From positions 192,001 through 256,000 of the forward strand of contig CAWJMT010000005.1 in the NCBI GenBank assembly GCA_963844035.1: 64,000 bases of DNA, given 5' to 3'. Positions 9,894-22,919 of this stretch are shown here, one piece after another; position 1 is the stretch's first letter; each line of letters opens with the position of its first letter. The notes beneath the pieces were generated by a model. It was not told the DNA's origin and searched no databases. It saw only the letters and a list, made by a program, of their open reading frames with translations. The DNA is from an uncultured Gemmatimonadales bacterium. GTDB taxonomy: Bacteria > Gemmatimonadota > Gemmatimonadetes > Gemmatimonadales > GWC2-71-9. The translations under genes and the position numbers were made by a program.

Positions 9894-10253
9894 CTACCGG
9901 CGCCCGAGGTACTTCTCATCCCAGGCGACCGGATAGCGTCCCTCGCATCGTTCGCAGCTCAATTCGTCGGGCGATTCCTCGAGCGATATGCGATTGCTGC
10001 AATTGGGACAGACGCCGTATTTGTCGCCCCAGGTCTCCGGCAGCCGCATCGCGTCGCGGGGACGCGGCACGACGGTCCAGCGGAGCGGTCGCCGGTCGAC
10101 TACCTCGATGTAGGAACGCGGCACGCTGACGGTCCTCCACTGCACGTCGAGGATGATTTCGTGGCGCTCGAACTCCGTGACGCGATACCACGCGCCGCGG
10201 CGGAGCGGGTACGGGCCTTCGGATTTCAGGCGAGCCCAGTGGAGTGCATGCAT
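9894..10253 (-). CDS. Hypothetical protein with C-terminal zinc ribbon
   Basis: CPNC...CERC pair; GGAG-free start, coding-like composition. Confidence 0.7.
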   Translation of the reverse strand: MHALHWARLKSEGPYPLRRGAWYRVTEFERHEIILDVQWRTVSVPRSYIEVVDRRPLRWTVVPRPRDAMRLPETWGDKYGVCPNCSNRISLEESPDELSCERCEGRYPVAWDEKYLGRR

Positions 10254-10365
10254 GGATCGGGAGGTTAGACACTACAACGTAAGTCGCTTTTCGACAATGC
10301 GTTAGAAGCGACACGGCGCCGGCATGTTGGTCGTTCGCCCGGCGAATTGCATATTGTTCCCCCCT

Positions 10366-11850
10366 ATGACGAGCAGCGTGAAGGACTTCTGGCTGTTTCG
10401 GATCGTCCACCAGGACACGGGTAAACCCGCCCAAGGGGTTCCCGTGACGGTGCTCGACGGGTCCGGTAATGCGGCCGGATACTGGGTCAGCGAGCCTGAC
10501 GGCACGGTGCGGATTCCCCGTCGCGACGGCTCGCGGCTCAGGCTGCGGGTGGGGCTCCGCAACGAAGAGCCGATCGAGCTGAACACGGCCACCCTGGGAG
10601 ATGGCCCGACCGACCTCGCGGCGCCGAGCTGGGTGCCGTTCACCTCGTCGCCGGCGAACGCGGCGAGCGCGAGCCGATCGGCGGCTCCCGCACCGCATGC
10701 CGCCGAGTCGCGCGAGGTGCCGGGGCACGTCCTCTACTTCCAGCGCCTCGCCATGTTCGGTGAGCCGGCGTCGCCGTCGCCCGCCGGACCTCAGGATAAC
10801 GTCGCGGACTTCTTTGCGACGCCGACCGATCCGACCGCTGTGCTGCGCTACGGTGTGGTGATCGAAGTCGAGCAGCTGTGGCAGTCCACCGGAGTGCAGT
10901 GGGGGGAGCTGCTCTACAGCGTCTCGCTCACGCCAGGGGACGAAGCGCGGCTCACCGTGCTCGACGGCCGCTGGCGCCGCGACATCGAGGGCCGGGAGCG
11001 CCCGCTGCAAATTCTCGCCCGGATGGTGGGGACCTCCATGCTGGGCGACCTGGTGACGGCGCTCCGGCCCGAGCTGCAGGTCGAGTCGTGCACCCTCTCC
11101 GACCCGAATCTCGAGGCGGCAGCCACCGGCACGATGCACATGATCCGCGAGCGTACCGAGCGGATGAGCCAGGCGTTGCGCCGCCGTCCGTTGGGCGTGG
11201 TGGACGGCACGCAGGAGACCTCCGACCACGCCGCGATCCGCACCGTGCGCAACACGGCGCGGGACCGGGTGGTCACGTTCCACTTTTTCGAGCCGCTCGA
11301 GCACTTCCGGGTGGTGGTACGCAGTCCGCGGATCCGTCCGGTGATCTTCGTCCCGTTCCGGCTCCCCAACGTGGCGACGCCGGACGTGGTGCAGCGGTTC
11401 GGGTACATCTTCCGGCGCACGCTGCTCGACCGCGGCATGGTGCCGGATCTCGAGCGGTTGCTGAACGGCGAAAGCGCGGGGAGCGGGAGAAACCGGCTGC
11501 TCGAGCACGTCGAGGCGAATCTGCTGTACTACTCGACCGCGATCATCGCGGCCGGCGACCACGCGGCGCGCCATTCGGCACTCTCGAAGGTGCGCGACGC
11601 GTCGGGTGTGCCGCTGACCGACCTGGTCGAGAACACGGTGCTGGGGCGGGTGGGGAGCGCGATCGCCATGCCGCTGCGCTCGCTGGCGCAGCTGCCGCGG
11701 GAGTGGCGTGAGGCGCTCGCGGCCTACACGACGCGTCCCCCGCGGCTCACCGAGGAATTCAGCGTCAACATCCCCCACCCGGGCGTGTGGGTCACCGCTC
11801 AACCGCACGCGCCGATGCAAAGCTCGGCGACGGAGAGCGCCGCAGGCTGA
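10366..11850 (+). CDS. Hypothetical protein
   Basis: Long ORF with coding-like bias; contains QLWQ..GVQWGELLYSVSLTPGDE and HVEANLLYYSTAI. Confidence 0.75.
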   Translation: MTSSVKDFWLFRIVHQDTGKPAQGVPVTVLDGSGNAAGYWVSEPDGTVRIPRRDGSRLRLRVGLRNEEPIELNTATLGDGPTDLAAPSWVPFTSSPANAASASRSAAPAPHAAESREVPGHVLYFQRLAMFGEPASPSPAGPQDNVADFFATPTDPTAVLRYGVVIEVEQLWQSTGVQWGELLYSVSLTPGDEARLTVLDGRWRRDIEGRERPLQILARMVGTSMLGDLVTALRPELQVESCTLSDPNLEAAATGTMHMIRERTERMSQALRRRPLGVVDGTQETSDHAAIRTVRNTARDRVVTFHFFEPLEHFRVVVRSPRIRPVIFVPFRLPNVATPDVVQRFGYIFRRTLLDRGMVPDLERLLNGESAGSGRNRLLEHVEANLLYYSTAIIAAGDHAARHSALSKVRDASGVPLTDLVENTVLGRVGSAIAMPLRSLAQLPREWREALAAYTTRPPRLTEEFSVNIPHPGVWVTAQPHAPMQSSATESAAG

Positions 11851-11865
11851 TCTCCCTCGGGCGGG

Positions 11866-13082
11866 TCAGGTACGGATGCGGTTCCGCCCGTCTTCCTTCG
11901 CACGATACAGCGCCTGATCGGCGGCCCGGATCACCTGATCCGGCAGGCCGTGGCGACTGTTCCGCTCGGCCACGCCGATGCTGACGGTGATCGCCGCCTG
12001 GCGGCGCTTGCCTTTGCTCTTCTCGCGCTTGCGCGCGACACGGATGCGGCCGCGGATCGTGAAGGCGGTGTCCGCGATCGCTTCGCGCACGGCTTCGAGG
12101 TGGGGCAGGGATTCGTCCACCGACTTGCCCGGGAACAGGATCGAGAACTCCTCCCCGCCGTAGCGGTACGCGCTTGCCCGCCGCCCTCGACGTGGGCCAG
12201 CTTCGCCGCCACCATCTTCAATACGTGATCGCCCACGTCGTGTCCGTACTCGTCGTTGAAGCGCTTGAAGTGATCCACGTCCACCATCGCGATCGCATAC
12301 TGGCCGCCGAGGCGCTGCATCGCTTCGGTCAGAGCACGGCGGGTCGGCAGCTGGGTGAGCCCGTCCTGATAGGCCAGGAGGTAGGAGGCTTCAATGACCG
12401 AGACGACGAGCACCAACCCGGCGGTGCCGAGGTAGATCGCCGCCCCGGGGCCGGGGCGGTACGCGGTGAGGGCGAGAAACGCCGCCAGGATGGCCCAGAG
12501 GAATCCGCGCAGTGTGGCGTTGGTCTCGAACAGCAGCGGCGTGACCACGGCGCCCAGGGCGAGCGCGAACGCGAACAGCGCCGGCTGCCGCAGCGGCGCC
12601 CACGCCAGCAGCTTCGCCGGGAGCATCGGGTGCGCCAGCAGCGCCGCGGTCGCGGCCGGCGCGGTGCGGCTGAACATCACCACCAGGGTCACCTGCACCA
12701 CGATGGCGCCGAGGCGCAGCAGGCCGATCGGCGTGAGCGTGCCGCGGTCGGGGAGCAGCGCGAGCGCGGCGAGGTTCAGGGGCAGGAGCACCGCGGTGGC
12801 GCGGATAATCACCTGGACCGTCGATCCGCGACCGGGCGAGCCGAGGGCGAGCGGTGGCGAGGGCCAGCACGACCAGGGCGAGCAGCAGGCGGTTGCGCTC
12901 GAACCGCCACGCCAGCAGCGCGCCCACCACGAACACGGCGTAGGGATAGAAGCGCGCGAAGGCGGGCAGCCGTCGCGCAGCGCATCGAGCTGCAGCACGA
13001 CCACGGCCGCGAGCAGCAGCACCCCGTCGGGTGCTACCAGCGACAGCACTCGTTTCCACCAGCTGGCTTTCGCGCGTGCCAT
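11866..13082 (-). CDS. Membrane-bound diguanylate cyclase (GGDEF), frameshifted
   Basis: Multiple TM helices; DGLTQL, DVDHFKRFNDEYGHDVGD, YRYGGEEF, ADQALYRAKEDGRN. Confidence 0.9.
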
Positions 13083-13219
13083 GGGTTCGCGGTTGCGGTG
13101 GCCATAAGGGTACGCAAGACGGCGTGACAGGTCAACACAGGGGAGGCGGGCACGCGGGTTGCGTGCTCCCGCGGCGGGTGGTGATATTCAGCCCGCCGGC
13201 TCCTCTCCGGCCGAGCTAC

Positions 13220-13292
13220 GGCGGTATCGTCTAGGGGACTAGGACGGAGCCCTCTCAAGGCTCAAACACGGGTTCGAATCCCGTTACCGCTA
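13220..13292 (+). tRNA. tRNA-Glu (CTC)
   Basis: GGCGGTA/TACCGCT acceptor, GAGCC-CTCTCAA-GGCTC anticodon arm, GGTTCGAATCC. Confidence 0.93.
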
Positions 13293-13312
13293 CTGTCAGC
13301 GCTCGCGTTTCC

Positions 13313-13384
13313 GCCCCCATCGTCTAACGGTTAGGACACCACTCTTTCAAGGTGGGAACAGGGGTTCGATTCCCCTTGGGGGCA
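13313..13384 (+). tRNA. tRNA-Glu (TTC)
   Basis: GCCCCCA/TGGGGGC acceptor, CCACT-CTTTCAA-GGTGG anticodon arm. Confidence 0.93.
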
Positions 13385-13430
13385 CTAAGAAAGAGGGAAG
13401 AGGGAAGGGGGAAGGGGGAAGGGTAGGAGG

Positions 13431-13823
13431 GTGCCGCCGTCGGCTGTCCAGGTCGAACAGATTGCGATCATCGTGCACGACGTGGACCGGGCTGTGACGT
13501 TCTACCGCGACGTGCTCGGCCTGCCGTTCCTGTTTCAGGTCCCGAACATGGCGTTCTTCCAGTGCGGTGAAGTGCGTCTCATGCTCGGGATCCCGTCAGC
13601 GCCCGAGTTCGATCATCCCTCCTCTATCATCTACTTCAGGGTTGCCGACATCGAGGCAGCGCACCAGGCGCTGGTGACCCGCGGCGCCAGCTTTCGCAGC
13701 GCGCCGCATCTGGTGCACCGTGCTGCGGATCACGAGCTGTGGATGGCGGAATTCCAGGATCCCGACCGCAACAACCTCGCGCTGATGAGCCGCAAGGCGC
13801 CGGGATCGCCAAGGGTTGCCTAA
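13431..13823 (+). CDS. VOC family protein
   Basis: QIAIIVHDVDRAVTFYRDVLG, IYFRVADI, FQDPDRNNLALM. Confidence 0.9.
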   Translation: MPPSAVQVEQIAIIVHDVDRAVTFYRDVLGLPFLFQVPNMAFFQCGEVRLMLGIPSAPEFDHPSSIIYFRVADIEAAHQALVTRGASFRSAPHLVHRAADHELWMAEFQDPDRNNLALMSRKAPGSPRVA

Positions 13824-13852
13824 CGTTTTGTGGGTAGCGATGTTTCCGCCGC

Positions 13853-13925
13853 GCGCCGATAGCTCAATTGGTAGAGCAAATGACTCTTAATCATTAGGTT
13901 CTCGGTTCGATTCCGAGTCGGCGCA
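13853..13925 (+). tRNA. tRNA-Lys (CTT)
   Basis: GCGCCGA/TCGGCGC acceptor, AATGA-CTCTTAA-TCATT anticodon arm. Confidence 0.95.
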
Positions 13926-14007
13926 TGACGTCGTTCCAACCCCCCGGGCCTCCCACTCGGGGGACCTCCTGCTGCCAAATTGCCTGGGAGCATCGCAGCG
14001 TCCTCCT

Positions 14008-14360
14008 CTAATAGCCCTGCGGCGCTTCCACTAACGCCCTGGCGAACAAGGCTAGAACGAAGATGCCGAGCGCGAGCCCGATCGTTCTTCCAGCATCGAC
14101 CTGGTGGATCGCGACCTGTATGACGTCCGAGACCGCGACCTTAGATGGCGTTCCGTGGAGGACCCCCGCTACGCTGTCGCCCGCAGCGATTCGGGGCTCA
14201 AGGAGATCCATCGCGAGCCGTCGGCCAGGGTCAGGCGCACGGCAGTGGGGTGCTTGGTGGAGATCATCTGCGACGGGCTGACCCCCTTCTCGACGTGCCA
14301 CGTGGTGCACGCGGCGAGATACCAGAGGAGGAGCGCACAGGCGATCGGTCGGCGCAGCAT
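14008..14360 (-). CDS. Small hypothetical lipoprotein with C-terminal TM helix (frameshifted)
   Basis: MLRRPIACALLLWYLAAC lipobox joined to ...VDAGRTIGLALGIFVLALF. Confidence 0.55.
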
Positions 14361-14557
14361 GGGTGACTCCCTTGTGGGTTCGCCAGCAATAGACGCTCGC
14401 GCTCTCAAGCGAGAATCAAGGAAGCCAGACCGCGCGACTCACCCCATCGGGCGATCTCCCTACTCCACCCCTCCACCGAACGAGGCATGCCTATTGAGCC
14501 CCGCCCCTTACATGTTGCAGCAGGCCGGTCGTACGCCGTCGTCCACTGGAGGTTTCC

Positions 14558-15273
14558 GTGAAACGCTTCTGGGTATTCGTACTCTTGATCGTGGTTGCCT
14601 GTACCAGACACGTCGGGCCCGTCCACCGTGCCCGTGACAATCGTTGTCACGAACGACCTGATCGACCCCGTCACCATCAATGTGAATGGACATAGCCGTA
14701 GGGATTACTGCAGCGAGCGCTACTCAGCAGGTGACCGTCAACGTTGCCGGGAGCCTCACGGTTTCCTTCGATCTGAACCGTCCCACGACCACCGGGGGAA
14801 CTCCGCTTGGTGAGCAGATGTTCGGCGACTTTGAGACAATCTCGAACCCCAGCGGCACCTACACGTTCACCGTGGACAACTTTGTAGGCACGCAAGAATA
14901 CTTCTCCCCGTTGATTTCAAACTCCGGCGCATATCCAATCCTCATGGCAGTCAACTGGGGTCTCGTTTCAGAAAACTGGTGCAATTGCACCGCTCCTTCG
15001 GGTGGGTTGGACATCAACATCGGATACTATCGCTTGTTCGCCAACACCGAAGTCAGAGGTTATGGGACCGTGAGCGGCTATGGAAACGGCACCTATGCCT
15101 TCTGGAACGTTTCAACCTTTGGTCCCGACGTAGAGGTCGGAACCGGCGTCGTGCTGCTCGCCAATAGCTCGAACATCCTGTCGCCGCCGATCGGGGTGGC
15201 GGGAGTTGCCGGAACGGTCACAAGAGGGACAGGTCGCCCAACATTGGGTCGGGCACTGACGAATACGCCGTAA
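14558..15273 (+). CDS. Hypothetical lipoprotein, lower GC (frameshifted)
   Basis: GGAGG RBS, GTG start MKRFWVFVLLIVVAC; continues into ORFs 14595 and 14686-15273. Confidence 0.55.
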
Positions 15274-15438
15274 GCCGCATTCTTGGAGCGGACCCGGGCA
15301 CCTAGCCCGGGGGAATGGCGCGTTCCGAGTGGGCCGCGTTCCCTGCTTCATGAAGACCCCTTCCTTGACAGACTGCAGACCGCCAGCAGCTTAGCCCCTC
15401 ATCGACAACGAGCACCCTCCAGCCCGGGAGATCCAACC

Positions 15439-15892
15439 ATGCGTCGCACGTTCGCTTCTCCACTCATTGGCATGGCGTTGGTCGCAGTCGTCTGTGCTCC
15501 CGTGGGAGCCCAGGCGAAGGGGAAGTCGCTTACGTCCGGCTCGGGGGCAAGACGGCCATCACCGCCGTGGTCAACGAATTTGTTTCCGGGTGGGCGCCGA
15601 CAACCGCATCAACAGGTTCTTCGCGGCCACGGTGGCCGACACCGCTCGGTTGGCGGCCCTCAAGGGAAAGCTCGTGGATCAGATTTGCCAGGCGACCGGC
15701 GACCACTGCCACTACATGGGGAAGGACATGAAGACCGCCCATGCAGGCATGGGAATCACGCACGCCGACTTCGCCGCGCTGGTCGAGGATCTGTCGGGCG
15801 CGCTGGACAGTTACAATGTGGCGCCGGCGGACAAGGCCGAGCTTCTCGGCGCGCTCGCACCAATGGAAGAGGACATCGTCGAGGGCACCTGA
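15439..15892 (+). CDS. Group 1 truncated hemoglobin with signal peptide (frameshifted)
   Basis: SLY..LGG..AITAVV, D.RIN.FF, LVDQICQATG, YMGKDMKTAHAGMGIT..DF motifs. Confidence 0.85.
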
Positions 15893-15996
15893 CAGCCCGG
15901 GAACCCCTCGGCCGAGTGGGCGCCCTGGTGGACGACCCCCGGCCTGACCTGTAGCTTGTCGGGTCTCTTCCAATTCGGCCCATCAATTGACGGATC

Positions 15997-16122
15997 GTGG
16001 CACCGCACGACCTACAGTCTGACGATCTCGACCCCGCACGCGGAGTCCTGACTGGCGTCCTCCTGGGCCTCGGGCTGTGGGCGCTGCTGATCGCCACCTG
16101 TTTCGCGGTGAGAAGGGGCTAG
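15997..16122 (+). CDS. Putative 41-aa single-TM protein
   Basis: MAPHDLQSDDLDPARGVLTGVLLGLGLWALLIATCFAVRRG*; below the ORF-track cutoff. Confidence 0.45.
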   Translation: MAPHDLQSDDLDPARGVLTGVLLGLGLWALLIATCFAVRRG

Positions 16123-16129
16123 CCCCGCA

Positions 16130-17309
<1,180 letters not shown>

Positions 17310-17333
17310 GGCTACCAAGCGAAGGATTCGACG

Positions 17334-19067
<1,734 letters not shown>

Positions 19068-19098
19068 GGCTACCAAGCTAAGGGTGGTGCCGCGTCAG

Positions 19099-21294
19099 TT
19101 ACCGGTCAGAAATCACACGAACGACGGTCCCTGTACGCATCCACCACATAGATGGGACCACGGCGGATGTCGTTACCCAGGGAGAGTGGCGGGGCGCCGC
19201 CCGTGCGGCGGGGCCGTGAAGATGTGCGTGTACGTGTCCGCCGCACCGTAATTCACGGTGTAGCCGATGTCCTCCTGCGCGGCGATGGATGCGATGCTCA
19301 AGCGGGTTGCTGCCGCCGTTCACGTACCCCGTCATCAGCTCGTTGCCGAGCACGACCTCGCGCCAATGGCCGTTGACGGTGCCGCCGCCGCACACGGGTG
19401 AGACAAAGGGCGACGTGCCGCAGTTCTCGACCGGCACCTTGTTGCCGGCCGGAGGACTGCTGCCGCCTCCCGTGTAGGTCGTGCCGCCTACGGAGTCGAA
19501 GGCGGCGCGCGCCTTGGGACAGCTGAAGTAGGTGTCCTGAATCGTGCCCGGCGGGCTGGACGGCGAGCGCCAGCAGGCGTTGGGCGACTGGTCCCACAGG
19601 GTTCCGAACCCGAGCACGTGGCCCATCTCGTGCAGGATGACCGTGTTCGAGCTGGCCGTTGCCGATCAAGCGTGGCGACGTCGGCCGAATCGAAGACCAT
19701 GACGCCCGACCACGGTCAGGCCGTTGGACATCCTGATGAAGCACGGACCCGCCTGGCCCAGGATCTGGCCGGGTCCGTCGATCGAATCGAACTTCGCCAG
19801 GATCAGGAGGTCGGTCACGGTCTGGTTGATCGGCCGGCTCTCCGGCGCCGCACTGCGTCCCGCTGCATCGGTGACCGACGACCGGCGGACCGACGTGGCG
19901 GTAGATGATGGACTGCCACTTGGCGACCGCGGAGGTCGAACGCGGCCTGTCGCCCGCGGCGACGGCGTGGGACCGTAGTACTGGATCTGATGGTGTAACT
20001 GCGCCGCCACCCCCGTGTCCGCGAAGGTGACGGGATTGCCGGAGATCCCGCTCCCCGTGACGGTCGCGGTCATGGTATTGGTCGCCGGCGCCGCTGCCGA
20101 GCGTCCAGCTGCCCACCTGCGCCACGCCATTGGAGTTCGTGGTCGTCGTGCCCAGGGTGAGGCTGCCGCCGCCCGTCGCGACCGCGAAGGTGACGGCGGC
20201 GCCCGGGATGGGGTTGCTGCCGCCGTCCGTGACGCGCACCGCCGGCCGCGTGTTGACCGGATAGCCCACCAACCCCACCTGGTTGTTGCCCGACGAACGC
20301 GGCCACGATGGCTGACTGCGACGTGGCGGTGAAGATGGCAGGATTGCCGGTGATGCCCGTTCCAGTGACGGTTGCGGTCAACGTGTCTTCCCCGGCGTTG
20401 CCGAGCGTCCAACTGCCCACGGTCGCGATACCGAGGGCGTTGGTGGTCTGACTCGCCCCGGTCACCACGCCGTGACCAACGCCCGCGGCGAACGTCACCG
20501 TGGCGCCCGGCTTCACATTGTTGAACGCATCCTTGACGAGCACCGCGGGACGGACCGGGACCACCTGGCCGCTGAGACCCGTCTGCCCGTCTCCCGCCTG
20601 CTTCGTAACACTGGCGGGTGGGCCCGCGGTCGCGGTCGCGGTGAACGTTTGCGCCGGACTCGTACCCACGGTCGCGGTTGCCGACTGGTTGCCCGCGGTC
20701 TGGCCGAGGGTCCACGTGGTCTGCGCTTGTCCGGTCCCGTCCGCCGTTACGGACGCAGTCGCCACGCTCCCCGATCCGGTGGCTGACGGCGAAGGTGACG
20801 GTCGCGCCCGCAACCGGGTGCCCGGTCGCGTCGCGCGCCTGCACGACGATCGGCTGAGGGAGCGTCTGCGCGACGGTGTCGGTCTGCAGGTCCCCGGAAA
20901 CCTTGAAGACCTGCGAGGCGGTCTGCACGACGGTGACGGCGACGTTCGCCGACGCGCTCCCCGACGTCACGCTCAGCTGCGCGGTGCCGTTCGCGACCGC
21001 CGTGGCGAGGCCGGTCGAGCTCACGGTGACTACGCCTGCGTTGTTGGTCGTCCACGCGACGCTGGCGCCCGTGATCGGGGTGCCGGTTTGGTCCTTGACG
21101 ACAGCGGTGAGCTGCTGGGAGCCGCCGATCGCGGTGAGGGTGATGGCGGCCGATGGTGCGACGTCGATGGTGGTGGGGGCGGGCGGCTCGGAGCTTTCTT
21201 CGCAGGTGCTGAGGACCAGCGGGAGCGCGATCAAGACGGCGCCCAACCGAAGGGGGTAACGGCACAGCGTTATCACACGGGAATAATAGGTCAC
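19099..21294 (-). CDS. Ig-like-repeat lipoprotein with leishmanolysin-like (M8) zinc metalloprotease, frameshifted
   Basis: Multiple Ig-like modules; DGPGQILGQAGP, HEMGHVLGFG, GHWRE and ELMTGY Met-turn. Confidence 0.85.
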
Positions 21295-21360
21295 GTCCTC
21301 ACCACACCCAAATAGCTAGATCATCCGACGCATGATGCGGTGCCGCCGCACCCCAATTAG

Positions 21361-21391
21361 GTAAATCCACTTTCATCCCGCCGACGGATGT
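21361..21391 (+). promoter_or_regulatory. Shared upstream motif, copy 1 (GTAA-N8-TCATCC-N7-GGATGT)
   Basis: Same spacing found at four promoter regions. Confidence 0.6.
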
Positions 21392-21456
21392 ACCCCGGCG
21401 CCCAGCGCGGACAGCTTGTAAGGAATCTCTGTTCACATCAACCGCTGGGAGCAACC

Positions 21457-22428
21457 ATGTATTCTCTGCCACGACTGACGGCCCGACTCGCCGTCGCTGC
21501 CTCGTTTGCCGCGCTGCTGACCGCAGCGTGTAGCCCCGACTCCAAAGACGTCTCCTCACTTTCCGGCCCAACCCTGTCCGCGGCCCGCCAGGCCGGCGGT
21601 GGGGCAGCGGCGTCGGACTTCGTGGTGCTCGCAAACGCTGGGGTGACCTGCACCGACGGGACCATTAACGGCAGCGTGGGCACCTTCCTCGCTCCGCCGA
21701 CCGGTGCGTTCACCAATACCCGGTGCGTGATCACGGGGACGAGTCACCTCGGCGACGCAGCGGCCGTCGCGGCCTACAACGCCTATCGCACCGAGTACGC
21801 AGCGCTCGCGCCCGTACTGGGGGACTGCGACGCCGCCCATACCTTGCCGAGCACGATCGCGGCCTCCCTGACGCTGGCGCCCGGTGTCTACTGCACCGGT
21901 GCGGCATTGACGGCAACGGACGTCACGTTGACCCTTGACGCGGGTGGTAACCCCAACGCGACCTGGCTGTTCAAGATCGGGTCGAGCGGCACGGCCGGCA
22001 CGGGCGCCCTCACGGGCACCAACTTTTCGGTGATCATGGCCGGCGGCGGGCAGGCGTGCAACGTGACGTGGTGGGTCTCTCAGGCCGCGACGATCACGAC
22101 GAGCATCGCCACTCCGACGACCTTCTCGGGCAACATTCTGGCGGGAGCGGCTATCACCCTGACCCAGGAGATCTTCAACGGCAACGCGTGGGCAGGAGCT
22201 TCCGGGGTCGGCGACGTGACGATGACCGGCACGACGATCAACGGCTGTGCGGACGGCGCCGCTGACAACGGCAAAGACTGCCATAGGAAGGGCCACCACC
22301 ACAAGAACCATCACGACAAGGGCCACCACCACGACAAGCACCACGACAAGCACCACGATTCCAAGGGCCACGACTCCAAGGGCCACGACTCCAAGGGCCA
22401 CGACTCCAAGCACTCGGGCCGCTACTAG
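21457..22428 (+). CDS. Ice-binding-family (DUF3494) lipoprotein 1 with His-rich tail
   Basis: LTAAC lipobox; TLAPGVYC, LTLDAGGNPNATWLFKI, NVTWWV, FSGNILAGAAIT. Confidence 0.88.
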   Translation: MYSLPRLTARLAVAASFAALLTAACSPDSKDVSSLSGPTLSAARQAGGGAAASDFVVLANAGVTCTDGTINGSVGTFLAPPTGAFTNTRCVITGTSHLGDAAAVAAYNAYRTEYAALAPVLGDCDAAHTLPSTIAASLTLAPGVYCTGAALTATDVTLTLDAGGNPNATWLFKIGSSGTAGTGALTGTNFSVIMAGGGQACNVTWWVSQAATITTSIATPTTFSGNILAGAAITLTQEIFNGNAWAGASGVGDVTMTGTTINGCADGAADNGKDCHRKGHHHKNHHDKGHHHDKHHDKHHDSKGHDSKGHDSKGHDSKHSGRY

Positions 22429-22444
22429 CCCCCGCGGAGAACGA

Positions 22445-22474
22445 CGCGGAGGGGCGCAGTCCCGCCCCTCCGCG
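22445..22474 (+). terminator. 12-bp stem hairpin after ice-binding gene 1
   Basis: CGCGGAGGGGCG-CAGTCC-CGCCCCTCCGCG; no U-tract. Confidence 0.5.
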
Positions 22475-22503
22475 GCACTCCAGGCCTGACGTTGGGAGGA
22501 CGC

Positions 22504-22599
22504 ATGAGTGATCCCAGGAAAACTTTCATGCTCTACGCCCTGATCCTCGTCATTATGTCGATCGGCGCGGTGGTGTCCGCGTCCGCCTGGCGGTGGTGA
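22504..22599 (+). CDS. Putative 31-aa membrane peptide
   Basis: GGAGGA RBS; MSDPRKTFMLYALILVIMSIGAVVSASAWRW*. Confidence 0.5.
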   Translation: MSDPRKTFMLYALILVIMSIGAVVSASAWRW

Positions 22600-22919
22600 T
22601 GACGGATGGTACACGAGCCCCGGCGCACCCCTCAGGTTGCCCGGTTGTTGGGAGGAGGTGGGCGGCCAAGACCGCCCTCTTTCTTTTCAACCGGCAGGGA
22701 TGACACAGGGAGACACCTACCTCAAAGGAGCTAGTGCGTTCGGGCGACAACCGTCTCGCGGCGTCGCCCTTCGTTTCTAAATCCTCTTTCGTCCGCCTGA
22801 GGGATGGGCGCTGAAGCACGCGCCAGCGAGGTTTGAGACACTTGGGCGAGGAAGTTTCCGACCGCCACACGGATCCCGGGATGTATTGGCAGGGACACGA
22901 AATACTTCGGAGGCAGCAA

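Noticed and set aside
22700..22900. Riboswitch (e.g. c-di-GMP) upstream of ice-binding gene 2
   Set aside because: No recognisable aptamer consensus by eye; would need an Rfam/Infernal search.
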